From contig CAVYTA010000005.1 of NCBI GenBank assembly GCA_963771355.1, positions 864,001-928,000 of the forward strand: a stretch of 64,000 bases of DNA, in the 5' to 3' direction. Positions 18,468 through 29,644 of the stretch are shown one piece after another. Position 1 is the stretch's first letter; the number at the start of each line of letters is the position of its first letter. Under the pieces are notes generated by a model that was given only the letters and a program-made list of their open reading frames with translations, was not told the origin of the DNA and searched no databases. Origin of the DNA: an uncultured Candidatus Rokubacteria bacterium. GTDB taxonomy: Bacteria > Methylomirabilota > Methylomirabilia > Rokubacteriales > CSP1-6. A program made the position numbers and the translations under genes.

Positions 18468-21400
18468 TCATGGATGATCCTTCCTGTTCGATGCCGGCTG
18501 CTCGGGGCTCGGCTCCGTCCTGCGCCTCGCCTCGTCCCGCCGGAGCTCCCGCTCCCGAAGCCAGTAGAAGATCACCGGCGTCACGAGCAGCACGTGGCCA
18601 GCGAGCTGACCATGCCGCCCAGCACCGGCGTGGCCAGCGGCTTCATGACTTCGGCGCCCGTCGAGTGGCTCCACATGATCGGCAGCAGGCTCGCGACGAC
18701 GGTGGAGACCGTCATCACCTTGGGCCGCAGCCGCAGCAGCGCGCCCTCGGTCACCGCCTCCAGGAGCGCCGCCCGCGTCAGCCGCCCGCCCAGCGCCTCG
18801 CGCTTTGCGCGCCACGGCCTCTTCGAGATAGATCACCATCACCACCGCGGTCTGCACGGCGGTGCCGAAGAGCGCGATGAAGCCCACCCAGACGGCGACC
18901 GAGAAGTTGTAGCCCAGCGCATACAGCAGATAGATCCCGCCGGAGAGCGCAAAGGGCACCGCCAGGAGCACATGGGCGGCCTCGAGGAGCGAGTGGTAGG
19001 TGAGGTAGAGCAGGAGTAGATGACGCGAGCACCACCGGGATGACGATCTGGAGCCGCTGCGCGGGCGCGCACCTCGTTCTCGTACTGGCCGCTCCACTCG
19101 ATGTAGGAGCCCTGGCGGCAGCGTGACCGTCTCGGCGACGACCTGCCGGGCCTCCTCGACGAAGCTGCCGACGTCGCGCCCGCGGACGTTCAGGAGCACG
19201 GTGACGACGAGCAGCCCGTTCTCGCTGGCGATCATGGCCGGGCCGCGCGACCGGCCGGATGTCCGCCAGCTGCGCCAGCGGCACCTGCGTGCCGTTCGGC
19301 GCGGCGACGAGCACGCTCGCCAGCGCCTCGGGATGGCGCGGTACTGCGGCGCATAGCGCACGCGCACGGGGAAGCGCTGGCGCCCTTCGATGGTCAGGGT
19401 GAGGTTCGTCTCGCCGACGGCCGTCTCGATCACGTCCTGGATGGCGCCGACCGTGATGCCATAGCGCGCCGCCGCCTCGCGGTTCACGCGGATGTCGAGG
19501 TAGGGCGCGCCGGTCACCTGCTCCGGGTAGACATCCGCGGCGCCCGGGATGCTCCGCAGCACCTCGGCGACCGCCCGCGCCCGCTCCTCGAGGACCTTCA
19601 GATCGCTGCCAAAGATCTTCACGCCGACCTCGGAGCGGATGCCGGTGGTCAGCATGTTGATGCGGTTGATGATCGGCTGGGTCCAGATGTTCGCCACGCC
19701 GGGCAGGGTCGCGGCCGCATCCAGCTCGGCGATGAGCTTTTCGCGCGTCATCCCGGGCCGCCACTGCGGACTCGGGCTTGAGGTGCACGATCCGTCTCGG
19801 TCATGTTCACGGGCGCGGGGTCGGTCGAGGTCTCGGCGCGGCGCGATCTTGGCCACGACCACGGCGACTTCGGGAACCGCTGCGATGGCGGCGTTCTGCT
19901 TCTTCGTGATCTCGATGGCCTGCGGCAGCGAGATCGCCGGGTCGGTGACCGGCATGAACATCAGGTCGCCCTCGTTCAGCGGCGGCATGAACTCCCGGCC
20001 GATGCGCGGGCACGAGCGAGACGCGCGCCCGCGAAGACCAGGACGCGCCGCGCCGAGGGTCAGCGACGCGGTGCCGCAGCGCCCAGCCGAGCAGCGGGCC
20101 GATAGAGCCAGACGAGCGGCCGCATCACGGGATTGTCGTCCTCCCGCGGATCCGCCCGCCGAGGAGGAGCGTGCAGAGCACCGGCACCAGCGTCACGGCG
20201 AGCAGCGTCGCCCCATCATCGCGAAGGTCTTGGTGAAGGCGAGCGGATGGAAGAGCTTGCCCTCCTGGCCGGTGAGCGCAAAGACCGGGACGAAGGCGAG
20301 AATGATGATCGCCATCGAGAAGAAGATCGGCCGGCCGACCAGGCGCGTCGCGTCGAGCACGGTCGCGGCCAGACGCGCCGGCGGTCGCGGGGGTCGACCC
20401 CGCGCTGCTCGATGAAGCGGAAGGCGTTCTCGGTCACCACGATGGCCGCATCGACCAGGACGCCAATGGCGATGGCGATCCCGGCCAGCGACATGATGTT
20501 CGAGCTGATCCCGAGATAGCGCATGAAGAGAAACGCCGCCAGGACGGCCAGGGGCAGCGGGAGCGTGACGATCAGGACCGAGCGCAGATGCAGCAGAAAG
20601 ACGATGTGCACCAGCGTGACGATGAGGATCTCCTCGATGAGCGCGCGCTTGAGGGTGTCGACCGCCCGCTCGATGAGCGTCCGAGCGGTCATAGAAGGGC
20701 ACGATCCTCACGCCCGGCGGCAGCCCGGCCTGCGAGCGGCCTCGATCTTCTCCTTGACGCGCGTCGATGACGTCGACCGTGCTCACCCCGTAGCGCGCGA
20801 CCACGACGCCGCCCACCGCTTCTTCCGTGCCCTTCGACGAGCGCAGCCGCCCGGAAGGCGTCGCCGATCTTCACCGTCGGCGACCTGGCGGAGGAAGATC
20901 GGCGCGCCGTTCTCGGCGCCGATCACGATCTGCTCGATGTCGCTGACGCGCTCGATGAGCCCCAGGCCGCGCACGACGGACCAGGTGCCGCTGGCCTCGA
21001 CGACGTTGCCGCCGACGTTGCGGTTGCTCCGCATCACCGCCTCGACGACCGCGGAGAGCGGGATGCGGAAGGCGCGCAGCCGGTTGGGGTCGACATCGAT
21101 CTGGTACTGCCGGACCGCGCCCCCGACGCTGGCCACCTCGGCCACGCCCGGCACGGCGTTGAGCTGATAGCGGATAAACCAGTCCTGGAGCGACGCGCAG
21201 ATCGCGCAGGGCGTAGCCCTGGCCCCTCCACCGTGTACCAGAAGACCTGCCCGACCCCCGTGGCGTCCGGGCCCGAGGGTCGGCACGACGCCCGGCGGCA
21301 GCGACTTGCGAGCAGGTTCAGCCGCTCCAGGACGCGCGTGCGCGCGAAGTAGAGGTCGACGGCGTCCTCGAAGATGACGTTAATCATCGAGAAGCCAAAG

Positions 21401-21661
21401 GCCGAGGACGAGCGCACCACCCGCACGCCCGGCAGTCCCTGCAGGCTGACCGTGAGCGGATAGGTGATCTGGTCCTCGACTTCCTGCGGCGAGCGGCCCG
21501 GCCAGTCGGTGAAGACGATGACCTGGTTGTCGGAGAGGTCCGGGATGGCGTCGATCGGCGTGGTGAGCAAGCGCCCAGTAGCCCCAGCCCCCAAGCAGCA
21601 GGAAGACGACGATCACCAGGAAGCGGTTGCGCAGCGAGACCTCGATCAGCCAGTTGATCAT
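18468..21661 (-). pseudogene. cusA: CusA/SilA-type heavy-metal RND permease, many frameshifts
   Basis: [74 protein letters not shown]. Confidence 0.88.
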
Positions 21662-21775
21662 TGGCTCCCCTGGGGGCTCCCCTCGCCCGCGCCATGGATC
21701 GCTGTCCGCCTAGAAGTGGGCGGACGAGGACCGGCGCAGGCGACTCCGACAGCTAGGACGTGGAGCTAGAGCGCG

Positions 21776-22036
21776 CTACAGCGAGGAGGGAGCGAGTTTC
21801 GGGGGAGCGTCGAGAACGTGACCGCTATTCAGAGGTAGATGCCCATCGAGGCTGGATCCGACCCAGCGCACGGGCGCTTCGGACGCGACGGCAGCGGGTA
21901 TTTGCATGGCCGCGCTCGTGGTCCCGCAAAGCGCGTCGCAGCCGTCCATCCCGGCGCACGAAAAAGCCATGCCCACGGGTCCGAGAAGGACCCAGAGAAC
22001 CATGACCATCACGGTGACGAGCCGTCGCCGACTCAT
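21776..22036 (-). CDS. Small Cys-rich exported protein upstream of cusA (DUF2946/CzcI-like layout)
   Basis: Signal/TM segment, CAGMDGCDALC, C-terminal DAPPK. Confidence 0.55.
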   Translation of the reverse strand: MSRRRLVTVMVMVLWVLLGPVGMAFSCAGMDGCDALCGTTSAAMQIPAAVASEAPVRWVGSSLDGHLPLNSGHVLDAPPKLAPSSL

Positions 22037-22214
22037 GAGTGTTCCGAGTATCACAGGCGAAACGGACACCGTCAACAATTCAAAATCGCCTCTACAGCGC
22101 CACCCGCCGCAGCCGCAGCGACCACGATATCCAGAGGTGACTCAGCCCACCGCGCTCGCCATGATTGGGCTCAGGACGGCCAGGGCCGCATCGGAGATAG
22201 GCGCGAGTCACGGG

Positions 22215-23882
22215 CTAGGCCACCTTGGCCTCGATGACGACCTCGATCAGATGCGGACGTTTGGCCGCGATCGCTCGCGACAGGGCTCCAGTCAGCTCAC
22301 CGGGTGTCGTGATGCGCTCCGCCGAGAGCCCGAGCCCACGGGCGAGATCGAGGAAGCCCAGCCTCGGCTTCCCGAGATCCATGTGGAGGTAGGGGCGTTC
22401 GGGCTTGGCCCCGAAACGCTGCCGGTACACGTCCATGTTGTGCTTGAGGATGCGGTACTCGCCGTTGTTGAGGATGACGAACACGATGGGTAAATCGTGG
22501 TGGGCGGCCGTCCACAGGGCCTGGATGCTGTACATGGACGAGCCGTCACCCGAGATGGCCACCACCGGCCGGTCGGGGCAAGCGACCTTGACGCCGAGCG
22601 CCCCCGGCAGAGCCTGTCCGATGCCGCCGCCCCGCGCTCCAAAGTAGTCGCCCGGCTTGCTGAAGCTCAGCGTGCGGGCGAGATCGGGGCCCGCCGTGAT
22701 CGCCTCGTCCACCACGATGGCGTCGGCGGGCAGCGCCGAAACGATGTCGGCCATGAGCCGGGGCATGGAGATGGGAGTGTTGTCCCAGCGCTTTTGGGCG
22801 CGGGCTCGTTGGGCCGCGGCGTCTTGGTCCTTGAGCCCCTTGAGCGCCTGGTTGCGCCGGGCGGCCGCCTCACGGTATGCCGCCGAAGCCTTGCCATTCA
22901 CCTCGGCCAATAGCGCCGCGAGCGTGGCCTTCGGATCACCAATCAGCCCCACCTCCACGCCGTGGTTGTACGACAGCCGATGCGACGAGACCTCGACCTG
23001 GATCAAGGCCGCGTCCTTGGGGAACGGAGACCCCGGAGAGAACCACACCTCTTCAAAGAAGGGGCCGCCGACGAGCAAAATGGCATCGGCACCCTCCAGC
23101 GCCTTCCGGATCGACAGGGTGTCGAATCCAAGCGCCAGCCGGAAGTTGGGGTGGTTGCTGGGAACGGAAGCGTGCATGCGGATGCCCTCGGTCCAGATCG
23201 CGGCTCCCATCGCCTCGGCCAGTGCCACGACCTCGGCTCCCGCTCCGAAACGCGCCACCTCGTCCCCTACGACGATAACGGGGTTCTCCCGGCCCGCCAG
23301 GAGGGCGGCGGCCCCGGCGACTCCGGCGGGTGCCGCGGGGCCCGCCCGGTATAGCTTGCCGGGGGCCACGGGCTCGTTCTCCGACTCCTGCTCCAAAACG
23401 TCGATGGGCAGGGCCACGAACACGGGACCGGCGGGCGGATCATTCGCCACTTTGAACGCGCGATGTAGGAGCAGTGGCAACTCGTCGGCTCGCTCGGCCT
23501 GGACACTCCACTTCGTCACGGGGGCCGCCATGGCGACCAGATCGTGCCCCAGCAGGGGATCGCGGAGACGCATGCGCGTGTCCTGCTGCCCGGCGGTGAC
23601 CACGACGGCAGCATTCGCCTTGAGCGCGTTGTACATCATGCCGATAGCGTTACCGAGCCCAGGCGCCACGTGAACGTTCACGACGCCCGTTTTGCCGCTG
23701 GCCTGCGCGTAGTAGCTAGCCGCGCCCACGGCCACCCCCTCGTGGAGAGCCTCAATGTAATTGAGTTGGGGGTAGTCGAGCAGGCTGTCGATGATGGGGC
23801 TCTCAGTGGTCCCCGGATTGCCAAAGATGTAGCTCACGCCATGAGCTATGAGGCTTTCCATCAGGATCTGTCTACCGAGCAT
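22215..23882 (-). CDS. ThDP-dependent enzyme, benzoylformate decarboxylase-like
   Basis: FGNPGTTE, NVHVAPGLGNA, GDGSSMYSIQALWTAA...NN. Confidence 0.88.
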   Translation of the reverse strand: MLGRQILMESLIAHGVSYIFGNPGTTESPIIDSLLDYPQLNYIEALHEGVAVGAASYYAQASGKTGVVNVHVAPGLGNAIGMMYNALKANAAVVVTAGQQDTRMRLRDPLLGHDLVAMAAPVTKWSVQAERADELPLLLHRAFKVANDPPAGPVFVALPIDVLEQESENEPVAPGKLYRAGPAAPAGVAGAAALLAGRENPVIVVGDEVARFGAGAEVVALAEAMGAAIWTEGIRMHASVPSNHPNFRLALGFDTLSIRKALEGADAILLVGGPFFEEVWFSPGSPFPKDAALIQVEVSSHRLSYNHGVEVGLIGDPKATLAALLAEVNGKASAAYREAAARRNQALKGLKDQDAAAQRARAQKRWDNTPISMPRLMADIVSALPADAIVVDEAITAGPDLARTLSFSKPGDYFGARGGGIGQALPGALGVKVACPDRPVVAISGDGSSMYSIQALWTAAHHDLPIVFVILNNGEYRILKHNMDVYRQRFGAKPERPYLHMDLGKPRLGFLDLARGLGLSAERITTPGELTGALSRAIAAKRPHLIEVVIEAKVA

Positions 23883-24345
23883 GGGATCTCCTAGCGTGCC
23901 GGAGTTGGCCGCGGGTGGCGCTCTGCTGCGGCCGGCGGACCCCATGGTGCCACTACTCGCATCCGCTTGAAAAGCAAACTTCGAACAGGGCGCTGCCAAG
24001 AGGCGAGAACGCTTGGAACGTCTATCCAGACAACCCTGGCGGCTCCGGGAGGTCAAAAACGGGTAGTTTGGATGTGTGTCGAATTTGAAGTTGGACCCCG
24101 GATTTGTGCCCGACCCAAAGAAAGTTGAAGAGACGGCCCGCTTCAATGAGGAGTTTGGCAAGGCCGGCCGAAGGCCCGGTCGGACACCGAGGCGCTCGAG
24201 GTGTGGGTCTAAGTCTCGGCCTGCACCTATCCGGACGGCACGCCCGTGCTGTCCGGGAAGCCTGGGCGCGTTCAGGTCATCCGGTGGGAGTTGCTCTCGA
24301 ACGCCATGTTGCTCGATGCGTCGCCGAAGGTCGGCTCCGGAGGAG

Positions 24346-25320
24346 TCATTCGATGACCTGATCTGCGCGCTGGATCAGCGCCGGCGGGATCGTCAGGCGG
24401 AGCGCCTTGGCGGTCTTCAGGTTGATCACCAGCTCGAAGCGCGTCGCCTGAAGCATCGGCACTTCGCCGACGGCCTTTCCGTCGAGGATGCGCGCGCTTT
24501 GATCTGCGGCCAGCCGGAACATGTCCGTGTTATTCGCGCCGTACGACATCAGGCCGCCGACATCCACGAAGTCACGGAATGCGTACATCGACGGGAGCCG
24601 CTGCCTCAGCGCGAAATCGACGATCCGCTGCATCTCCATGAACGCGATCGGGTCGGGGTAGACGAACAGGGCGTCGGGCCGCTCCTGCGCGACGGCGTCG
24701 AGCGCACGGGGCACGTCGCTCTTGGACCAGAAGCCAACGGTGGGCAGCTTGATTCCGAGCCGGGGAGCTGCATCCTGCGCACGCTTGAGGCCGGAGGGCG
24801 AGTCCTCAGGCTCGGAGAAGAACACGATACGCGAGGCCATCGGCACGGCTTCCTTGAACACTTCCAGCCGTTTGGCGGTCAGTTCCGACGTCATACACGT
24901 CACGCCGGTTACGTTGCCCCCATGTCTCGCCAGCTGAGACACATGGTCGAAGGCATCGCATGAGTACACGACGAGCGGTGTCTTCCTGACGACGCTCTGG
25001 CTGAGCCGAGCCATCTTCGAACCGGGAGCAAAGATCACGTCGACGCCACTGCGCTCCAGCTCGGATATGAGCGCAGGCACGCGCTGGTAGTCGTCACCGG
25101 CCCACCGCGGCTCGAATGTGACGTTCCGTCCCTCCACGTAGCCGCGCTCGGCGAGGCGCGCCTTGAACGCCTGCCACGACGGATTCAGCTGGGGAGACGC
25201 CGAACCAAGGGCCACCCAGCCCACGCGATACACCTTGTTGCCAGCCTGGGCCGCGACCTCGCCAGCCTGGGTCAGCACACCAAGCACGAGCGTGAGAACC
25301 AAGACTGTGCTCCGGGCCAT
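24346..25320 (-). CDS. Stand-alone ABC substrate-binding protein (ABC_sub_bind type)
   Basis: GYVEGRNV, GGNVTG, GGLMSYG, FELVINLKTAKAL. Confidence 0.85.
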   Translation of the reverse strand: MARSTVLVLTLVLGVLTQAGEVAAQAGNKVYRVGWVALGSASPQLNPSWQAFKARLAERGYVEGRNVTFEPRWAGDDYQRVPALISELERSGVDVIFAPGSKMARLSQSVVRKTPLVVYSCDAFDHVSQLARHGGNVTGVTCMTSELTAKRLEVFKEAVPMASRIVFFSEPEDSPSGLKRAQDAAPRLGIKLPTVGFWSKSDVPRALDAVAQERPDALFVYPDPIAFMEMQRIVDFALRQRLPSMYAFRDFVDVGGLMSYGANNTDMFRLAADQSARILDGKAVGEVPMLQATRFELVINLKTAKALRLTIPPALIQRADQVIE

Positions 25321-25660
25321 GGGCGATCCTCCCTGACAGCAATCGTGTTTCGATGATGCCCTGCGCCAAGTGGGACCCTGCTCGTCGTTACTGTCTCGAA
25401 ACCTATTCAAGATGCGCCCGGAGCGTCAAGGCGCGCTGCGATAGAGCTCAACTGAGCCCTTGGAGCGGGGACGGATATGTGCCATCGGTGCTTACGGCTC
25501 CTAGGCGGCGGTGCCCCCGGCTGCTAGGGCGGCCAGCCTGATCCTCGGCGCCGTCGTCCCGGCCCTCCGCCGCCGCTCGCCCCGCTCGGGCCGGACGGCA
25601 GCGGAGGAGCCAGGTCGGCGGTGGCCCAACCGCATTCGCACCCATGCTACAGTCCCGGGA

Positions 25661-26452
25661 ATGCCGATGCTCAAACTCATGATCGGAGCGATTGCCATGG
25701 CTGCCCTCACCTCCTGCGCCTCCACGCCGCCCGTACCCCCCGCGGCGAAGGCCGAGCTCACGCCCACCGGCAAGCTGCGCGTGGGCATCAACTACGGCAA
25801 TGTGCTCCTCGCCACCAAGGACCCGGCCACCGGGGAATTCCGCGGCGTGGCCCCCGACCTCGCGCGGGAACTGGGACGCCGCCTGGGGACGCCCGTGGAG
25901 TGGGTCGGCTACGAGTCCGCCGGGAAGATGGCCGAGGCGGTGAAGACCGGCGCCTGGGACGTCGCCTTCCTCGGCGCCGAGCCCGCCCGCGCCGGCGAGA
26001 TCGCCTTCACTCCGGCCTATCTGGAGATCGAGGCGACCTATCTGGTGCCGGCCGGGTCGCCGCTCCGCAGCGTCGCGGACGTGGACCGCGAGGGGATCCG
26101 CATCGCGGTGGCCGACAAGGCGGCCTACGAGCTCTATCTCACGCGCACTCTCCAGCGCGCCAAGCTGGTGCGCGCCCCGAACCTCGCGGCCTCGTACGAG
26201 CTCTTCGTGACCGAGAAGCTGGATGCCCTCGCCGGCCTCAAGACCTTTCTCCTGGTGGAAGCGGCGAAGATCCCCGGCTCGCGGGTGCTCGACGGCCGGT
26301 TCACAGGGGTGCAGCAGGCCATCGCCACACCCAAGCCCCGCGCGGCCGGCGCCCAGTACCTGCGCGAGTTCGTCGCGGACGCGAAGGGGTCGGGGCTCGT
26401 GGCCCAGGCGATCGAGAAGCACGGCGTGCGCGGGGTGTCGGTCGCGCCGTAG
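25661..26452 (+). CDS. Polar amino-acid-type substrate-binding lipoprotein
   Basis: LTSC lipobox; PTGKLRVGINYGN, WDVAFL. Confidence 0.85.
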   Translation: MPMLKLMIGAIAMAALTSCASTPPVPPAAKAELTPTGKLRVGINYGNVLLATKDPATGEFRGVAPDLARELGRRLGTPVEWVGYESAGKMAEAVKTGAWDVAFLGAEPARAGEIAFTPAYLEIEATYLVPAGSPLRSVADVDREGIRIAVADKAAYELYLTRTLQRAKLVRAPNLAASYELFVTEKLDALAGLKTFLLVEAAKIPGSRVLDGRFTGVQQAIATPKPRAAGAQYLREFVADAKGSGLVAQAIEKHGVRGVSVAP

Positions 26453-26482
26453 CGGCTGAGATCCCTCGAAGACCGCGCCGTC

Positions 26483-26887
26483 ATGGGGGTGACGATTGGC
26501 CGCGTCGCGCTGCTGGTGCGCGACTACGACGAGGCGATCGCGTACTTCACGGGACGGCTGGGGTTTTCCCTCCTCGAGGACACCGCGCTGGGGGGCGGCA
26601 AGCGATGGGTGCTCGTCGCGCCGCCGGGAGGCGCCCGGCCCGCGTTGCTTCTCGCGAAGGCGGTGACCGCGGAGCAGGAACGCCGCGTGGGCGACCAGAC
26701 GGGCGGCCGCGTCTTCCTCTTCCTCGAGACGGATGACTTCTGGCGTGACTACCGCGACATGCGATCGCGCGGGGTGAGCTTCGCGGAGGAGCCGCGTCGG
26801 GAGGCCTACGGCGCGGTGGCCGTCTTCACGGATCTCTACGGAAACAAGTGGGACCTGGTGGAGCGAAGCGCTAGAGCTGGCCCTTGA
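26483..26887 (+). CDS. VOC/glyoxalase family protein
   Basis: VRDYDEAIAYF, QTGGRVFLFLETDDF, DLYGNKWDL. Confidence 0.88.
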   Translation: MGVTIGRVALLVRDYDEAIAYFTGRLGFSLLEDTALGGGKRWVLVAPPGGARPALLLAKAVTAEQERRVGDQTGGRVFLFLETDDFWRDYRDMRSRGVSFAEEPRREAYGAVAVFTDLYGNKWDLVERSARAGP

Positions 26888-28274
26888 GTATCTTGCCGGT
26901 CGCGCTCTTGGGGAGCTCGGGGACCACCGTCAGGCGCCGAGGGTACTTGTAGCCCGCCAGGGCCTCGCGGCAGTGGGCAATCAGCGCCGCGGGATCCGCC
27001 GCCGCGCCCGCGTGGAGCGTGACGAATGCCGCGACTTCCTCGCCGAGATCGGGATGCGGCACGCCGACCACGGCGGCCTCGGCCACCGCGGGGTGCGTGA
27101 GCAGCACGGCCTCCACCTCGGCCGGCACCACGGAGTAGCCCCCGCGCAGGATCAGCTCCTTCTGCCGTCCCGCAATGGTGACGAAGCCCTCGGCGGACAC
27201 GGTGGCGAGGTCGCCGGTGCGGAACCAGCCATCGACCAGGACCGCGCGGGTTTCTTCATGCGCCTCGAGATAGCCCTCCATGACGGCGGGGCTCCGGATC
27301 CAGAGCTCGCCCGTCTCGCCGGCGGGCCGCGGGCGGCCCGCATCGTCCACGATGCGCAGCTCGACGCCGGGCACGGGCCGGCCGATGGCGTCGGGCACGT
27401 CCACCGGATCGTCGGCGCGGAACGAGATCGGCCGGAAGAGCTCGGTCATCCCGTAACCGCGCAGGATGCGCACGCCGGTGCGCGCGCGCCACTCCTGCGC
27501 GAGGTCCCAGGGGCAGGGCGCGGCGCCCGAGACGGCAAGGCGGAGGCTCTTCAGGTCGGCCGGATCCAGGGCCGGCGCATCGAGCAGGCGCCGGAACATG
27601 GTGGCCACGCCGGGGAACACGGTCACGCCGTGCCGCGCGATGGCGGCCAGCGCGCCGGCGGGCGTGAAGGGCTCCACCATGGCCACGCGCGCGCCGCCCA
27701 GGATCGGGGCCAGCAGGGCGCCGTTGATCCCGAAGGAATGCGACAGCGGCAGCGCGGCCAGCACGCAGTCCGTGCCGGTGAGCCCCATCACCGGGCCCGC
27801 CCAGGATACGAGCGCGGCGTCCAGCGCGGCGTGCGAGAGCACGGCGCCCTTGGGCCGGCCCGTGCTGCCGGACGTGTAGAGGATGAGCGCCGGGGCGCGC
27901 GGCTCCAGCGGACGCGACCAGTCGGCCGTCTCCTCGCCGATCGCGTCCAGGACGATGCGCGGCCGCAGGTCGGCGAGGATGCGGGCGCGCTCCGCCGCTG
28001 CCAGCACGGGATTGAGCGGGCTCACGGTGGCTCCCGCCATGAGCCCGCCCAGCAGCGCGACCGCGAAGCGCCAGCCATTGGGCAGGAGCAGCGCCACGCG
28101 ATCGCCCGGTTTCAGCCCCTGCTCCACGAGGCGCCGGGCCACGCCGCCGGCGCGCTGGACGAGCTCGCGCCACGTCAGGGTCGTGTCGGGGGCGAAGAGA
28201 GCGGGCGCGTTTCCACGGCGCTGAACCGTTCGCTCCAGCGCGGTCAGCAGCCGCGGGACGCGCGGGGCGGGCAC
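26871..28274 (-). CDS. Acyl-CoA ligase (AMP-binding)
   Basis: [31 protein letters not shown]; start approximate. Confidence 0.88.
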   Translation of the reverse strand: MPAPRVPRLLTALERTVQRRGNAPALFAPDTTLTWRELVQRAGGVARRLVEQGLKPGDRVALLLPNGWRFAVALLGGLMAGATVSPLNPVLAAAERARILADLRPRIVLDAIGEETADWSRPLEPRAPALILYTSGSTGRPKGAVLSHAALDAALVSWAGPVMGLTGTDCVLAALPLSHSFGINGALLAPILGGARVAMVEPFTPAGALAAIARHGVTVFPGVATMFRRLLDAPALDPADLKSLRLAVSGAAPCPWDLAQEWRARTGVRILRGYGMTELFRPISFRADDPVDVPDAIGRPVPGVELRIVDDAGRPRPAGETGELWIRSPAVMEGYLEAHEETRAVLVDGWFRTGDLATVSAEGFVTIAGRQKELILRGGYSVVPAEVEAVLLTHPAVAEAAVVGVPHPDLGEEVAAFVTLHAGAAADPAALIAHCREALAGYKYPRRLTVVPELPKSATGKILKGQL

Positions 28275-28279
28275 CGCGG

Positions 28280-29635
28280 CTAGAGCCCGAAGGCCTTGAG
28301 GTCGATGCGCTGCGCGACCTCGGGGGGCACGCGGTGCCGCGGCGTGTAGGCGGCGAGGGAGGGCTTGGCGGTGGCGTCCACGCCCCATTTGGCGGAAAGC
28401 CCGTCCTCCTTGGTGGAGGGGTCCAGGTCCGAGCCGCGCGCCTGCGTGATCACGGTGATGTCGCGGTCGGGCTGGCAGCGGGTGGCGAGGGCCCAGTTCA
28501 CCTGGCGGTCATCGAAGACATCGACGTCGTGGTCCACCACCACCACGCGCTTCATGTAGAGGTCGGCGCCCAGCACGGCGAGAATGGCGTTCTTGGCCTG
28601 GCCGGGCAGGCGCTGCTCGATCGAGACGTAGCAGGTGAAGGGGCCCGGCACGCGCACCGCCTTGACGGAGGGGATCATGGCCCGGACGGCCCGGTAGAGG
28701 TTGGCCTCCATCGGGATCGTGGACAGCAGCAGGTGATCCAGGTGGGCCACCGTGATGTCCTGGAACCACGCGCCGGCGCGATGAGTGATGGCCTTGACCT
28801 TCACCACCTCACGGTCGCGCTGTCCCAGGCTATAGCCGGTGAACTCGCCGAAAGGACCCTCGGGCGTGCGCGCGCCGGGCAGGATCTCGGCCTCGATCAC
28901 CATCTCGGCATGCGCGGGGACCAGCACGTCCGACGTCTCGCACTTCACCAGCTCGAGGGGCTCGCCGAGGAGCGCGCCCATGATGGCCCGCTCGTCCTCG
29001 TCGATGGAGCCGATGGCGAGGGAGCCGAGAGCGATGGCCGGGTGCACGCCGATGGCGAAGGCCACCGGGAGCGGCTCGCCGCGCGCCTCGGCGATGCGCT
29101 GGAACTCCCAGAGGTGCTTGCCCAGCGTGAGGTGGATGGAGGTGGTGTCGCGCCCCTTGATCATGAGGCGGTTGTAGGCGCAGTTCCACGTCTCGCTGGC
29201 GGGGTCCTTGGCGAAGGAGATGGCGGAGGTCAGATACACGCCGGCGTCGCCCTCGTGGTGGACGATCTGGGGCAGATCGTGGAGGTCGATCTGGTCGCCC
29301 TTGAGGATCACGTCCTTGACCGGGCCCTTGGCGACCACCCTCGGGGGGATCGGCTTGTCCATGGCGGCCAGGTAGGTGCGGAGCATCTGGTCCGGCGCGC
29401 AGCGCATGGCGGCGGCCAAGCGCGAGCGGCTCGCGTGGAGATTGGTCAGCACCGGGAAGCGCGTGCCCTTCACCTTCTCGAAGAGGAGCACCGGCCGCTT
29501 CTTCGCCTCGCGCTCCAGCTTGACCACGATGGCGGTGATCTCGAAGGCGGGATCCACCTCCTGGGTGACGACCTGGAACTCGTCGGGCTTCCGCCGCTTG
29601 ACCGCGTCGAGATAGGTGCGGAGGTCCTGGGCCAT
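28280..29635 (-). CDS. UbiD-family prFMN decarboxylase
   Basis: PEGPFGEFTGY, VVVDHDVD, WALATR. Confidence 0.92.
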   Translation of the reverse strand: MAQDLRTYLDAVKRRKPDEFQVVTQEVDPAFEITAIVVKLEREAKKRPVLLFEKVKGTRFPVLTNLHASRSRLAAAMRCAPDQMLRTYLAAMDKPIPPRVVAKGPVKDVILKGDQIDLHDLPQIVHHEGDAGVYLTSAISFAKDPASETWNCAYNRLMIKGRDTTSIHLTLGKHLWEFQRIAEARGEPLPVAFAIGVHPAIALGSLAIGSIDEDERAIMGALLGEPLELVKCETSDVLVPAHAEMVIEAEILPGARTPEGPFGEFTGYSLGQRDREVVKVKAITHRAGAWFQDITVAHLDHLLLSTIPMEANLYRAVRAMIPSVKAVRVPGPFTCYVSIEQRLPGQAKNAILAVLGADLYMKRVVVVDHDVDVFDDRQVNWALATRCQPDRDITVITQARGSDLDPSTKEDGLSAKWGVDATAKPSLAAYTPRHRVPPEVAQRIDLKAFGL

Positions 29636-29644
29636 GGCGGACTC

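Noticed and set aside
15423..21661. Programmed frameshifting in the RND genes
   Set aside because: Indels are too many and scattered, with no consistent slippery sites
23900..24340. ncRNA or tRNA-Sec in the lower-GC intergenic gap
   Set aside because: I could not identify a cloverleaf or a known motif by eye; an Infernal/tRNAscan search would settle it
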